Notes: a model not told the origin generated them from the sequence alone. DNA of 64,000 bases from Candidatus Marinacidobacterium sp. (GCA_965220965.1 OZ244852.1:1888001-1952000); one strand, 5' to 3'. Shown: positions 19,001 to 29,349, counted from the stretch's first letter. Numbers and translations: made by a program.

Positions 19001-19939
19001 ATGCGCGAGTTCCGCTTCCTCCAGTCCGACGTCTTCACCGACCGGGCCTTCACCGGCAACCCCCTCGCGATCCTCCCGGAGGCCGACGGTCTCTCGGACG
19101 AGGACATGCAGCGGATCGCCGCGGAGATGAACCTCTCCGAGACGGCGTTCGTCCTGCGTCCCACCGAGGTCCAGGCGCTCTGCCGCCTTCGCATCTTCAC
19201 GCCCACGACCGAGCTCCCGCTGGCCGGGCACCCGGTGGTGGGGACCTTCTTCACCCTCGCCCGGCGCGGCGAACTGGGCCTCGGCGAGGTCCTGGCGTCG
19301 CTCGGAACGGGAGTCCACCGGATCCACCAGGAGTGCGGCGCCGGCGTCCTTCCGGTGGACATCCGGGTCCGCGACGGCGTGGTGGAGCAGGTCGTGATGA
19401 CCCAGGCGTCGCCGCGATTCTTCGGGCGTCTCGACGACCGGGACGCTCTCGCCGCCTGCCTCGGCCTCCCGCCGGACGAGGTGGTTCCCGGCCCGGCTCC
19501 GGCTCAGGTCGTTTCGACCGCGATCCCCCAGCTCATGGTTCCGGTTCGATCGCTCCGCAGCGTGGAGCGTCTCGAGCTCGACCCGGTGGCGGCGCGGGCC
19601 CTGCTGCACCGCGACGATGTGGGCTCCGACTGCCTGATGATCTTCTCCACCGAGTGCGTGCGGGAGACCTCCGCCGCCCACGCCCGGATGTTCGCGCCGG
19701 GGCTGGGAGTCACCGAGGATCCCGCCACCGGAAGCGCCGCCGGAGCGCTCGGCGCGTGGCTGGTTCGCCACGGCGAACCGGACGCCAGCCCGGCGCGGAT
19801 GGTCATCGAGCAGGGCTACGAGATGGGCCGCCCGAGCGCGATCCATGTCGAGGTGGACCATGACGGAGGGCGCCCCACCGAGGTGCGCGTCGGGGGCGAA
19901 GCCGTCGAAGTCGCGGAGGGAGTTCTCAGAATTCCATAG
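19001..19939 (+). CDS. PhzF family epimerase/isomerase
   Basis: DVFT..FTGNP, EMNLSETAF, RIFTPTTELPLAGHP, ARMFAP, EDPATGSA, IEQGYEMGRPS. Confidence 0.92.
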   Translation: MREFRFLQSDVFTDRAFTGNPLAILPEADGLSDEDMQRIAAEMNLSETAFVLRPTEVQALCRLRIFTPTTELPLAGHPVVGTFFTLARRGELGLGEVLASLGTGVHRIHQECGAGVLPVDIRVRDGVVEQVVMTQASPRFFGRLDDRDALAACLGLPPDEVVPGPAPAQVVSTAIPQLMVPVRSLRSVERLELDPVAARALLHRDDVGSDCLMIFSTECVRETSAAHARMFAPGLGVTEDPATGSAAGALGAWLVRHGEPDASPARMVIEQGYEMGRPSAIHVEVDHDGGRPTEVRVGGEAVEVAEGVLRIP

Positions 19940-19948
19940 CCTCGGGAC

Positions 19949-21916
19949 TCAGGCTCCGATCAGGCGGTCGAGGCGCTCGAGCTCGGCGTAGAGCGCCGGC
20001 AGGCGCTCGCTGAGTTCGCGGTGGGTGGCGGAGATCTCGCGGGAGCCCTCCGGATCCTCCCAGAAGCCGGGCGCCGCCATCCGGGCCTCCAGGCTCTCCA
20101 CCGCCGCCTCGGCGTCGGCGACCGCCTCGAAAGCGCTGCGCCACTGACGACGCAGCTCCCGCAGGCGGTTCTTGCCGTGGCGGGGCGTGGACGCCCGGTC
20201 TCCGCCGCGCGGCTGGCCTCGCTTCGGCGCGTCGCCGCGCCGGCTCGCCCGCGAAGAGGATGCCGGGCGCCGGCCGCCCGCGCCGGCCCTCGCCGGCGCC
20301 TTCTTCCTTGGCGCGGGCGCCGCCGCCTGCGCCTCGAGTCGAGCCAGGTAGTCGGAGTAGTTCCCCCAGTAGAGCTGCGCGCCGCCCCCGCCGATGGCCG
20401 CGACCCGCGTCGCCAGCCGGTCCATGAAGTGGCGGTCGTGGGCGACGAACACGATCGTGCCGCGGTACTTCTCCAGCGCGTCGAGCAGGGCGGCCTTGGC
20501 GTCGAGGTCGAGGTGGTTCGTGGGCTCGTCGAGGAGCAGCAGGTTCGCCGGACGCAGGAAGAGGCGCGCCAGCGCCAGGCGGCTGCGCTCGCCGCCGGAG
20601 AGGACGGAGGTGGGCTTGTCCACTTCGTCTCCGGAGAACAGGAAGGCCCCGAGGATGTTCCTGACTTCCGGGAGCATGTCGAGCGGCGCCGCGTCCGTCA
20701 TCGTCTGGTGGACGGTGCGCTCCGGGTCGAGGTCGTGGCGGTCGGGGCCATACCAGGCGATCCGCGTGTTGTGGCCGAGCTCGCGGGACCCGGCGTCCGC
20801 CCGCTCGGCCCCCGCGATCAGGCGGATCAGGGTGGACTTGCCGACACCGTTCGGCCCGACGAGGGCGAGGCGCTGTCCCCGCTCCACCACCAGGTCCACG
20901 TTCCGGAAGACCTCGATGTCGCCGAAGGCCTTGGAGACCGCGTCCAGCCGGACCGGTATGGCGCCCCCGCGAGGAGGATGGGGAAGCCGCAGCGCGACGC
21001 TCCGGCGGGTGGGCGGCGCCTCGATCCGCTCGATCTTCTCCAGCATCCGCACCCGGCTCTGCACCTGCCGGGCGCGGCTGGCCTGGTACCGGAAGCGGTT
21101 GATGAAGCGCTGGGTGCGCTCGATCTCGGCTTCCTGCTCGGCGGCGCGTTTCCGCAGGTCCGCGATTTCGGCGGCGCGCTGCGTCTCGTATCGGGTGTAG
21201 GAACCCGGGTAGTTCGCGAGCCGGCCGAACGCGATTTCGGTGATGCGACTCACGACCTGATCGAGGAAATAGCGATCGTGCGCGACCAGCACCAGAGCCC
21301 CGCGGTGGCCGGCGAGGAAGCCCAGCAGCCAGGTTCTGGCCTCGATGTCGAGGTAGTTGGTCGGCTCGTCGAGGAGCACGACATCGTTCCGCTCGACGAG
21401 GAGCCGGGCGAGCGCGATCCGCATCTGCCAGCCCTGACTGAAGCTCCCGGCGGGCTGGTGGCGCTCGGCCTCCCCGAACCCCAGACCGGAAAGGACCTCG
21501 TTCACGCGAGTGTCCAGTTCGTAACCGCCCCGGCGGCTCCACTCGTCCTCGATCTCCCCGTAGCGCTCCACGAGCCCGGGCTCGTCGGGAGCGGCGGCCA
21601 TCCTCTCCGCCAGCGCTTCCTGCTCCTCCCTCAGACGCAGCAGGCCGTGGAACGCCGAGCGCACCTCCTCGAAGGCGGTCCGGCCGCTCAGCCGCAGGCC
21701 GTCCTGGGGCAGATAGCCCACCCGCTTCCCTTTCGCCCGAACGACCTCGCCGTCGTCGAGCGGAACGAGCCCGGCCAGGATCCTGAGCAGGGTGGTCTTC
21801 CCGGACCCGTTCGCCCCGACGAGCCCCACCCGGTCCCCGGGACCGATCCGCCAGGAGACGCTCCGCAGGAGAACCTGTTCTCCGTAGGCCTTTTCGCCCT
21901 CGACAAGCTGGATCAT
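19949..21916 (-). CDS. ABC-F family ATP-binding protein
   Basis: Two ABC domains (GANGSGKTT/FSQGW/LLDEPTNYLD and GPNGVGKST/LSGGE/LLDEPTNHLD), no TM segments, C-terminal coiled coil. Confidence 0.93.
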   Translation of the reverse strand: MIQLVEGEKAYGEQVLLRSVSWRIGPGDRVGLVGANGSGKTTLLRILAGLVPLDDGEVVRAKGKRVGYLPQDGLRLSGRTAFEEVRSAFHGLLRLREEQEALAERMAAAPDEPGLVERYGEIEDEWSRRGGYELDTRVNEVLSGLGFGEAERHQPAGSFSQGWQMRIALARLLVERNDVVLLDEPTNYLDIEARTWLLGFLAGHRGALVLVAHDRYFLDQVVSRITEIAFGRLANYPGSYTRYETQRAAEIADLRKRAAEQEAEIERTQRFINRFRYQASRARQVQSRVRMLEKIERIEAPPTRRSVALRLPHPPRGGAIPVRLDAVSKAFGDIEVFRNVDLVVERGQRLALVGPNGVGKSTLIRLIAGAERADAGSRELGHNTRIAWYGPDRHDLDPERTVHQTMTDAAPLDMLPEVRNILGAFLFSGDEVDKPTSVLSGGERSRLALARLFLRPANLLLLDEPTNHLDLDAKAALLDALEKYRGTIVFVAHDRHFMDRLATRVAAIGGGGAQLYWGNYSDYLARLEAQAAAPAPRKKAPARAGAGGRRPASSSRASRRGDAPKRGQPRGGDRASTPRHGKNRLRELRRQWRSAFEAVADAEAAVESLEARMAAPGFWEDPEGSREISATHRELSERLPALYAELERLDRLIGA

Positions 21917-22005
21917 CGCGCCCGGGCCGGGACGCTATACCGCTTCCCGGCGCGGGAGGCGACCCGGCAGCCCGGATCGGGCGGTTGGTCATAATGCTCT
22001 GCCCC

Positions 22006-25000
22006 ATGAATTCCCGCTGGCGAGATGTCGCCTTCTCCCTCTCATCCCGCCTCCGTCCCGGCGGGTCCGCCCTCCGGCTGGCCGCCGCGATCCTCGCGGT
22101 CGCCGCCCTCGGCGCCGCTTTCTCCGATGAGGCCTCGACCCGGATGAGCCGCGGCGTCGCGCTGCTGGAGCAGTTCCGGTTCTCGGACGCCGCGACCGAG
22201 TTCCAGCAGGTCGCGCGCCTTCGCCCCGACGCCGCCGACGCCCACATCAACCTCGGCATCGCGTGGTTCAACGAACGGGACTTCGCCGCCGCCCGGGCGT
22301 CGCTTCTCCGGGCGCTCGAGGTCGATCCCGAGAACCTCCACGCCCACTACAACCTGGGTCTCATCGACAAGCTCGAGGGGAACACCGCGGCCGCTCTCGA
22401 GTCGTTCCGACGGGTGGCGGCCGGGGACCCGGACGACTCGATGACCCAGTACTACCTGGGCGCCACGCACGCCGCGCTGGGCGAGCTGGAAGAGGCCGAG
22501 GCGGCGCTCCGCCGGGCGATCGCCCTGACTCCGGACCACGAGTCGGCTCACTTCAGCCTGGGGAACGTGCTCCTGCGCGGCGGTCGGCGGGAAGAGGGGC
22601 GGGCCCAGCTCGTCGTCTTCCAGGAACTGAAGGCCGGCTTTGGCGGCGGCGTCTCCGCCGGCCTCCAGTACACCGAACTCGGCCCCTACGCCGAGGCCCT
22701 CGAGGAGCCCCCCGCGCCGCTCTACTCCTCGGAAAGAGAAGCGACCGGGCAGGCGGCCGGCGGGCCGCGGTTCGCGGAGGCGACTTCGGCGTGGGGTCTG
22801 GACCTCCCGGCGCTTCCAGCGGCGGGTCCTCCCCCCACGTCGGTCGCCCCCGGCGACTACTCGGCGGACTGGGCGGCGCGATCCCTGCTCCCCGACCTCG
22901 GTTCGGGCGTCGCCTTCCGGGACCTCGACGGCGACGCCCGTCCCGAACTGGTGTTCGTCCGGGACGGCGAGGTCCTGATCTTCGGAAATCGCGACGGCGG
23001 GTTCGAACGCTGGGCGGAGACGATGGACGCCGGCCGCAACCCGGTCAGCGTCACCATCGGCGATCTCGACCTCGACGGCGATCCGGACCTCTATGTGGCG
23101 GCCGCCGGCGCCAACAGCCTCCTCTGGAACGAGCCGGGCGCCGACGGCGCGCGTTTCGTCCGGGCCGGGGACGTCGGCGCCGAAGGAGGCGACGTCTCGG
23201 TCGGCGCCACGCTCGCGGATTTCGACCACGACGGGGACCTGGACATCCACGTCTCGAACTACGCCCCCGCCCGTCTCGATGGCGCCTCCGGCGACGCGCT
23301 GCGGGTTCCCGGAGACATCCCGGGCGCCCCGAACCGGCTCTACCGGAACAACGGCGACGGCTCCTTCACCGATGTCACCGAAGAGACCCGAACGTCGGGG
23401 GGGACCCACCGGAGTCTGGGGTCGCTGTTCGCCGACTGGGACGATGACCGGGACGTGGATTTCCTGGTCCTGAACGACGGCCATCCGGTCCAGGTCTTCT
23501 CGAATGACCGGGTCGGGACGTTCACCGAAAGCGCCGCGGCGTGGGGCGTCGAGACGGCCACCCGGATGCGGGGGGCGGCGTCGGCCGACTACGACCGCGA
23601 CGGGGCCGAGGATCTCGCGCTGAGCGCCGAGGGGAGCGCCCTGAACCTCCTGCTCCTCGGTTCGGGCGGAGACGGGTTCCTCCCCGACACCCGCTCGACG
23701 GAACTGCTCGGGGCGGGCGCGCCGGGGCCGCGCTACGGCGTGGCCTTTCTCGATCAGGATCTGGACATGGATCTGGACCTGCTGCTCGCGGCGAACGAGC
23801 CGCGGGCGGCCCTCGCGTTCTTCGAGAACACCCCCGCCGGATTCCGTCGCGCGGCGAACCTGCCGGCGGAGCTCGAGCCGGACGAGGAAGTGAGGGCGGT
23901 CGCCCTCGCCGATGTGGACGGCGACGGAGACCTGGACGCGGTCGCGGGCACGACCCGGGGCCGGCTCCTCGGGTTCGAGAACCGCCACTCGGGGAACGAG
24001 CGCTGGATGGCGATCCTCCCGCGGGGTCTCCGGAGCAACCTCGATGGCATCGGGACCAAGGTCGAGGTCCGGGTGGGCGCGGTGGTCCAGCGCCGGCAGG
24101 TCCGGTCCACCTCGGGCTACCTCTCCCAGAACGATCTCCCGGTTCGCTTCGGCCTCGGAGAGGCGGCCGCCGCCGACTACGTGCGGCTTCTCTGGCCGGG
24201 CGGCGTCAAGCAGATCGAACTCGAAGTCCCCGCGGCCACCGTCGCTCAGGTCGAGGAGCTGAACCGCAAGGGGACCTCCTGCCCGGTGCTCTACGCCTGG
24301 GACGGCGAACGCATCCGGTTCGCGACCGACTTCCTCGGCGGCAGCGCGCTCGGCAACCTCCTCGCGCCGGGCGTCTTCAACACCCCCGACACGACGGAAC
24401 TCGTCAAGATGGAGACGTTCCGGCCCGAGGCCCGGGGCGGCGCCTTCGAGTTCCGGTTCGTGAACCAGCTCGAGGAGGTCATCTTCTACGACCGGGCGGA
24501 GCTGTGGGTCGCCGATCACCCCGAGGGCGTGGACGTTTTCCCCACCGAGCGCCTGCTCCCCGGCCCGCCCTACCCGGAGCCGACGCTGGTGGCGGTCCGC
24601 GACCGCCGCGCCCCCAGCCGCGCGCTCTGGCGGGGCGCCGACGGCGCGGAGCGGGATGTCACCCGGGCGCTCGCCGAGGTGGACCGGGACTACGCGGACG
24701 ACCTGAGGCTGCTCCCCTTCAAGGGCTACGCCGAGACCCACACCCTGACGCTCGAGTTCGAGGACCCGCGTCCGGACGCCCGACATGTCCTCCTGCTCTA
24801 CGGCTGGGTCGACTACGCCGACTCCAGCTCGAATCTCGCGGCGTGGCAGGCGGGCGTCACCGCCCTGCCCCCGGTGCTCGAAATCGGCGACGGGCGCGAC
24901 TTCCGCCCGGCGGTGGACCGCATGGGCTTCCCCGCCGGCCTGCCCAAGACCATGGTGGTTCCGCTCGACGCCGCGCCGACCGGCCCCGGCGACGCGCTCC

Positions 25001-25659
25001 GGATCACGACGAACATGCGGATCTACTGGGACCGGATCGAGCTCGCCGAAGTCGTCCCGGACGCCGGAGTCGTCGTACACCAACTGGAGGCCGACACCGC
25101 CGATCTGCGGTTCGCCGGCTACCCGGCGCCGCATCGGCCCGGAGGCCAGCCGCCGACGGAGTACCTCTACGAACCCCGGCGGGCGACGGACGTCTGGGGC
25201 GCCCACGAAGGCGAGTACACCCGGTTCGGAGATGTCCGGCCGCTTCTCGCCGCGGTGGACGATCGCTATGTCATCACCCGCCACGGGGACGAGGTGGCCC
25301 TGAGGTTCGACGCCACCGGCCTTCCCGCCCTCGCGCCCGGCTCCGGCCGGTCGTTCTTCGTGTACGCCGACGGCTTCGGCAAGGACATGGACCTGAATTC
25401 GGCCAGGCCGCACACCGTGGCGCCCCTCCCCTTCCACGCCATGCCGGGCTATCCGTATCGGGAGGGCTCGTTCTCCGACGACTCCGGATGGAGAGCCCGC
25501 TGGAACACCCGCCGCGTTGGCCCCGAGGGCCGTCACGGCTTCCTCGACGGCGGGGCCGAACCCGAGACCACCGGGGCGGCGGCCGAAGACCGACCCGCGC
25601 CGGAGGACGGGGAGGGGTCCGGTCCCCCCTCGACCCCGGAGCCGCACTCCGGACGCTGA
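22006..25659 (+). CDS. Secreted TPR + FG-GAP (CRTAC1-like) + ASPIC/UnbV multidomain protein
   Basis: Signal-like N-terminus, TPRs (AHINLG, AHYNLG), several DxDxDGDxD repeats, ASPIC motif SNLDGIGTKVEV..SGYLSQN..FGLG..WPGG, and a C-terminal SCPVLYAWDG domain. Confidence 0.85.
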   Translation: MNSRWRDVAFSLSSRLRPGGSALRLAAAILAVAALGAAFSDEASTRMSRGVALLEQFRFSDAATEFQQVARLRPDAADAHINLGIAWFNERDFAAARASLLRALEVDPENLHAHYNLGLIDKLEGNTAAALESFRRVAAGDPDDSMTQYYLGATHAALGELEEAEAALRRAIALTPDHESAHFSLGNVLLRGGRREEGRAQLVVFQELKAGFGGGVSAGLQYTELGPYAEALEEPPAPLYSSEREATGQAAGGPRFAEATSAWGLDLPALPAAGPPPTSVAPGDYSADWAARSLLPDLGSGVAFRDLDGDARPELVFVRDGEVLIFGNRDGGFERWAETMDAGRNPVSVTIGDLDLDGDPDLYVAAAGANSLLWNEPGADGARFVRAGDVGAEGGDVSVGATLADFDHDGDLDIHVSNYAPARLDGASGDALRVPGDIPGAPNRLYRNNGDGSFTDVTEETRTSGGTHRSLGSLFADWDDDRDVDFLVLNDGHPVQVFSNDRVGTFTESAAAWGVETATRMRGAASADYDRDGAEDLALSAEGSALNLLLLGSGGDGFLPDTRSTELLGAGAPGPRYGVAFLDQDLDMDLDLLLAANEPRAALAFFENTPAGFRRAANLPAELEPDEEVRAVALADVDGDGDLDAVAGTTRGRLLGFENRHSGNERWMAILPRGLRSNLDGIGTKVEVRVGAVVQRRQVRSTSGYLSQNDLPVRFGLGEAAAADYVRLLWPGGVKQIELEVPAATVAQVEELNRKGTSCPVLYAWDGERIRFATDFLGGSALGNLLAPGVFNTPDTTELVKMETFRPEARGGAFEFRFVNQLEEVIFYDRAELWVADHPEGVDVFPTERLLPGPPYPEPTLVAVRDRRAPSRALWRGADGAERDVTRALAEVDRDYADDLRLLPFKGYAETHTLTLEFEDPRPDARHVLLLYGWVDYADSSSNLAAWQAGVTALPPVLEIGDGRDFRPAVDRMGFPAGLPKTMVVPLDAAPTGPGDALRITTNMRIYWDRIELAEVVPDAGVVVHQLEADTADLRFAGYPAPHRPGGQPPTEYLYEPRRATDVWGAHEGEYTRFGDVRPLLAAVDDRYVITRHGDEVALRFDATGLPALAPGSGRSFFVYADGFGKDMDLNSARPHTVAPLPFHAMPGYPYREGSFSDDSGWRARWNTRRVGPEGRHGFLDGGAEPETTGAAAEDRPAPEDGEGSGPPSTPEPHSGR

Positions 25660-25719
25660 CGGCGAGGAGCCTGGTCCGCGATGGCGTCAGGACGCACGGG
25701 GTCGCCGTAGAGCCGCGCC

Positions 25720-26196
25720 ATGCCGACCGAGCGCCTGCGCGCCGAACTCCAGCGCCTGCTGCTGGATGACGCGGTGGGCGCGGCGGCCTCCCTCGCGCCC
25801 CGGATGCTCGCCGATCCCCGGTCGCTGACGCCGGAAGTGCGCTGGTGCCTGCTCTACTTTCTCCGCGGCGTGCGGTGTCTGGCCGCCAGCGGCCGCCTCC
25901 TCGAGCCCGGCTCGCTGCTTCACCTGGTGGCCCATGCGGCCGAGTCGGCGCGCCACTCCACCGCCGACACCGACCAGGTCTGGTATGAAGTCGCGCGCGA
26001 GCTCCCCGGCCACTGGCTGCGGCGCTACGAGGAGATGGACGTCCGCTATTCGCTGGAGGAACTCCGGCGCCTGAACCTGCTGCTCGCCCGTCTGTGGATC
26101 GTCGAGCGTCGCCGGATCCGGTACCTCGACCCGCCTCTCCTTCCCCACTACCTGCGGATCGCCGAGCCCCCCGGCGGGATGGCCGCGACCGGCTGA
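25720..26196 (+). CDS. Hypothetical protein
   Basis: 158 aa ORF with ordinary protein-like composition, filling the gap between two + strand genes. No motif recognised. Confidence 0.65.
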   Translation: MPTERLRAELQRLLLDDAVGAAASLAPRMLADPRSLTPEVRWCLLYFLRGVRCLAASGRLLEPGSLLHLVAHAAESARHSTADTDQVWYEVARELPGHWLRRYEEMDVRYSLEELRRLNLLLARLWIVERRRIRYLDPPLLPHYLRIAEPPGGMAATG

Positions 26197-26253
26197 TCCG
26201 CTCCCGAAGTGGCCGCCCGAGGCGATTCAGCCCGCCCGGAGGAGGAAAACCCG

Positions 26254-27870
26254 ATGCCTGATCGCTGGACCCCCTACCGGAGACCGCCGCTCCGGCCCCG
26301 AAGCCCGATGAAGCGCGCGCGGCTGGCCGCCGGAGGGCTTCTCCCCCTCGCCGCCCTCCTCTCCGGGTGCGGCGGCCCTCCGACTGCTGGAGGGACTTCG
26401 CTCGCGACCCAGGTGATCGACCTCGACATCGCCGGGATCCACGCCGGCCTCGAGAGCGGGGCGTTCACCTGCGTGGAGCTGGTGGAGGCGTACCTGGCGC
26501 GGATCGAGGCGTACGACCGGGCCGGGCCCCGACTCCACGCGATCGTCGCGGTCAATCCGGCGGCGGTCGAACGGGCCGCGGAGGCGGACGCGCGGATTGC
26601 GGACGCCGGGGGCCGGATCGAGCGGCCGCTCGAGTGCGTCCCCACGATCGTCAAGGACAACTACGACACCGCCGACATGCCGACGACCGCCGGTTCGGCT
26701 TCGCTCGCCGCTTCCATCCCGCCGGACGACGCCTTCCAGGTCCGGCGCATCCGCGAAGCCGGCGCCATCGTGCTCGCCAAGTCGAACATGGCGGAGTTCG
26801 CGTTCAGCCCTTACGAGAGCCTCGGTTCGATCGTGCCGGGACACACCCGCAACCCCTACGACCCCCACCGGGTTCCCGCTGGTTCTTCCGGTGGGACCGG
26901 GGCGGCGGTCGCCGCCAGTTTCGGCGCGGTGGGTCTCGGCACCGACACCGGGAACTCGATCCGGGGCCCCTCCTCGCACAACGCGCTCTTCGGCATCCGC
27001 TCCACCATGGGGCTGACGAGTCGCGACGGCATCGTCCCGCTGAACCTGTTTCGCGACATCGGCGGCCCGATGGCGCGGACCGTGGAGGACGCCGTCCGGG
27101 TGTTCGATGTGCTCGCCGGACCGGATCCGGCGGATCCGGCGACCGATGGCGTCGACCGGGAGCCCGACTACCTCCCCTATCTGGACGCCTCGGATCTGGG
27201 CGGGTTCCGGATCGGGGTGGTTCGGCAACTCTCGGACACCGACAGCGCCGATCCCGAAATCCTCGCGCTCTTCGAGGCGGCCCTGGCGGATCTGACCGCG
27301 GTGGGCGCCGAAATCGTGGATCCGGTGGAGATCCCCGGGCTGGACGCCGAAGGATCGCTGTGGTGCAACCCGTTCCGCGCCCAACTGGAGTCCTACCTGG
27401 CGAGTCTCGGGCCCGACGCGCCGGTGACGACCCTTCAGGAGCTCGTTGACGGCGGGGACTTCCACCCGTCGATCCGGGGCCGGCTGGAGACGGCGCTCGG
27501 CGTCGAGGAAGAGCCCGAGGTGATCTGCGCCGACGCGAACCGCCGCGCGGGAGAGCTCCGCGAAGAGGTGGCGGCGATCTACCGGGACCTCGACCTCGAC
27601 GCGCTCGCCTTTCCGAGCTGGAGCAACCCGCCCCGCCTCCTCGGCGACCTGACGACTCCGGACGGGAACAACTCTCCGCAGCTCTCCCCGCCAACCGGAT
27701 TTCCGGCGGTCACCGCGCCGATGGGTTTCACCGCCGCCGGCCTCCCCGCCGGACTCCAGCTCCTGGGCGCCGCCCTCGAGGAGGGGCGCCTGTTTCGCAT
27801 CTCGTACGCCTATGAGGCGCGGACCCGACACCGACGCCCGCCGCCGACCACTCCGTCGCTGGATCGCTGA
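26254..27870 (+). CDS. Amidase signature family lipoprotein
   Basis: GGAGG SD, lipobox LLSGC, IVKDNYDT, GSSGG, TDTGNSIRGP. Paralog of 16266-17912. Confidence 0.9.
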   Translation: MPDRWTPYRRPPLRPRSPMKRARLAAGGLLPLAALLSGCGGPPTAGGTSLATQVIDLDIAGIHAGLESGAFTCVELVEAYLARIEAYDRAGPRLHAIVAVNPAAVERAAEADARIADAGGRIERPLECVPTIVKDNYDTADMPTTAGSASLAASIPPDDAFQVRRIREAGAIVLAKSNMAEFAFSPYESLGSIVPGHTRNPYDPHRVPAGSSGGTGAAVAASFGAVGLGTDTGNSIRGPSSHNALFGIRSTMGLTSRDGIVPLNLFRDIGGPMARTVEDAVRVFDVLAGPDPADPATDGVDREPDYLPYLDASDLGGFRIGVVRQLSDTDSADPEILALFEAALADLTAVGAEIVDPVEIPGLDAEGSLWCNPFRAQLESYLASLGPDAPVTTLQELVDGGDFHPSIRGRLETALGVEEEPEVICADANRRAGELREEVAAIYRDLDLDALAFPSWSNPPRLLGDLTTPDGNNSPQLSPPTGFPAVTAPMGFTAAGLPAGLQLLGAALEEGRLFRISYAYEARTRHRRPPPTTPSLDR

Positions 27871-27906
27871 CCCGGGGCGCCGAATCTAGACTCCCGCCGC
27901 GCCGCC

Positions 27907-28239
27907 ATGCCGATCTACGAGTACCGCTGTTCCCCTTGCGGCCGGGTGTTCGAGGCGCTGCAGCGCGTCAGCGATCCGCCGGTCAGGACCTGCGGCCAGT
28001 GTGGCGGCGAGGCGCGCCGGATCGTCTCGGCGCCGGCGATCCAGTTCGTCGGCAGCGGCTGGTACGTGACCGACTACGCGCGCAAGGAGGCGAAGAGCGG
28101 AGCGGGCGGGAACGGGGACGGCCCCGGCCCGGGCGCCGCGTCGTCCGGCAAGACGGGTGACGCCAGGCCGGCCTCCCCGAAGGAACCGGGCAAGAAGGCC
28201 GCCGCCGCGGGGAGCAAGGCCGAGTCCGCTTCGACGTAG
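27907..28239 (+). CDS. FmdB family zinc-ribbon protein
   Basis: MPIYEYRCSPCG...CGQCGG...SAPAIQFVGSGWYVTDY, followed by a low-complexity tail. Confidence 0.92.
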   Translation: MPIYEYRCSPCGRVFEALQRVSDPPVRTCGQCGGEARRIVSAPAIQFVGSGWYVTDYARKEAKSGAGGNGDGPGPGAASSGKTGDARPASPKEPGKKAAAAGSKAESAST

Positions 28240-29349
28240 GTGCCGGCTCTTCGGGATCCCGGGCGACCTCCACCGGCCCGGCGCCACCTCCGGTCGGGAA
28301 GCGTGGTCCCGGCCTCTCTCGCGGCGCTGGCGCTCGCCGGTTCGCCCGTCGCCGGCCAGGAAGCGGCGATGGAACCGGCGGCGGCGTGCGAGGCGGCGGT
28401 GCGCGCCTCGGCATGGGAGGAGGCGGCGCCCCTGTGCCAGGCGGCCCTCGACTCGGACCCGGAGGCCTTCGGTCTCCACTATTTCCTGGCGTTCGCCCAC
28501 CAGGGACGCGGGGACTGGGGCCCGGCGGCGGACGCCTTCGAGGCCTTCGCGGCGCAAGCCACGGAGAGCGAAGAGCGGGCGCAGCGGATGGACGCCCAGA
28601 TTCGCGCGGCCGTCCGCGCCGCCGGCGTCGCGCGCTTCCGGGAGGGCCGGATGGAGGCCGCGATTCCGCTGTTGCGGCGCGCCACCGAAGCCGACGCCCC
28701 GGACGCGGAGGTGTGGTTCTGGCTTGGGGCCGCGCTCCGCCGGACGGGCGATCCGGCGGGCGCGGAAGCGGCGTACGAGACAGTGGTCCGCGAGGCGCCC
28801 GACGTTCCGGACGCCTGGTTCTTCCTGGCGCAGCTCCGCTACGAGGCCGGCGACCATGAGGCCGCGGGCGGCCGCCTGGAGCGATACCTGGAGGTCGCTC
28901 CCGATGGAGCGTTCCGCTCCGAGGCGCACTGGATGGCGGCGTCCATCGCGCTGCGGCGACTCGATCCGGAAGGGGAGCCCGACCCCTCCGACTCCGCGCC
29001 GACGATCGGCGACGACCAGGCGACCCATGCCTCCGAGGCGGCTCGCCACTTTGCGGCCTATCTGGAGGGCGCGGCCACCGGGGAGAGCGTCACGGACGCG
29101 GCGCGGGCGGCGCTCGCCCATTATTTTCTCGGTCGGACCGCGGAAGAGGCGGACCGCTGCGCGGAGGCCCGCCGCCACTACGAGTCCTTCCTCGAATTGG
29201 CCCCGGAGGACGAGCGGGCCCCCGAAGTGCGGACGTTCCTGAGCGAGGGGCTCGCCTGCGAAGTCTCCCCTCCCGCCCGCGCCGGGGACATTTCCGCTTC
29301 GCGGCGCAGCGCCGATGCGGAGACGGGTGAAACCCGTCCGGTGTGTTAG
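28240..29349 (+). CDS. Secreted tetratricopeptide repeat protein (paralog 1 of 3)
   Basis: Signal-like SLAALALAGSPVAG, TPR motifs (LHYFLA, VWFWLG, AWFFLA), Cys pairs. The start may be GTG 28303. Confidence 0.8.
   Translation: MPALRDPGRPPPARRHLRSGSVVPASLAALALAGSPVAGQEAAMEPAAACEAAVRASAWEEAAPLCQAALDSDPEAFGLHYFLAFAHQGRGDWGPAADAFEAFAAQATESEERAQRMDAQIRAAVRAAGVARFREGRMEAAIPLLRRATEADAPDAEVWFWLGAALRRTGDPAGAEAAYETVVREAPDVPDAWFFLAQLRYEAGDHEAAGGRLERYLEVAPDGAFRSEAHWMAASIALRRLDPEGEPDPSDSAPTIGDDQATHASEAARHFAAYLEGAATGESVTDAARAALAHYFLGRTAEEADRCAEARRHYESFLELAPEDERAPEVRTFLSEGLACEVSPPARAGDISASRRSADAETGETRPVC

Noticed and set aside
28237-28242. FmdB TAG stop immediately followed in frame by the GTG of the TPR gene (possible amber readthrough or pyrrolysine)
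   Set aside because: The downstream protein has its own signal peptide, a fusion makes no functional sense, and no pyl genes are visible.
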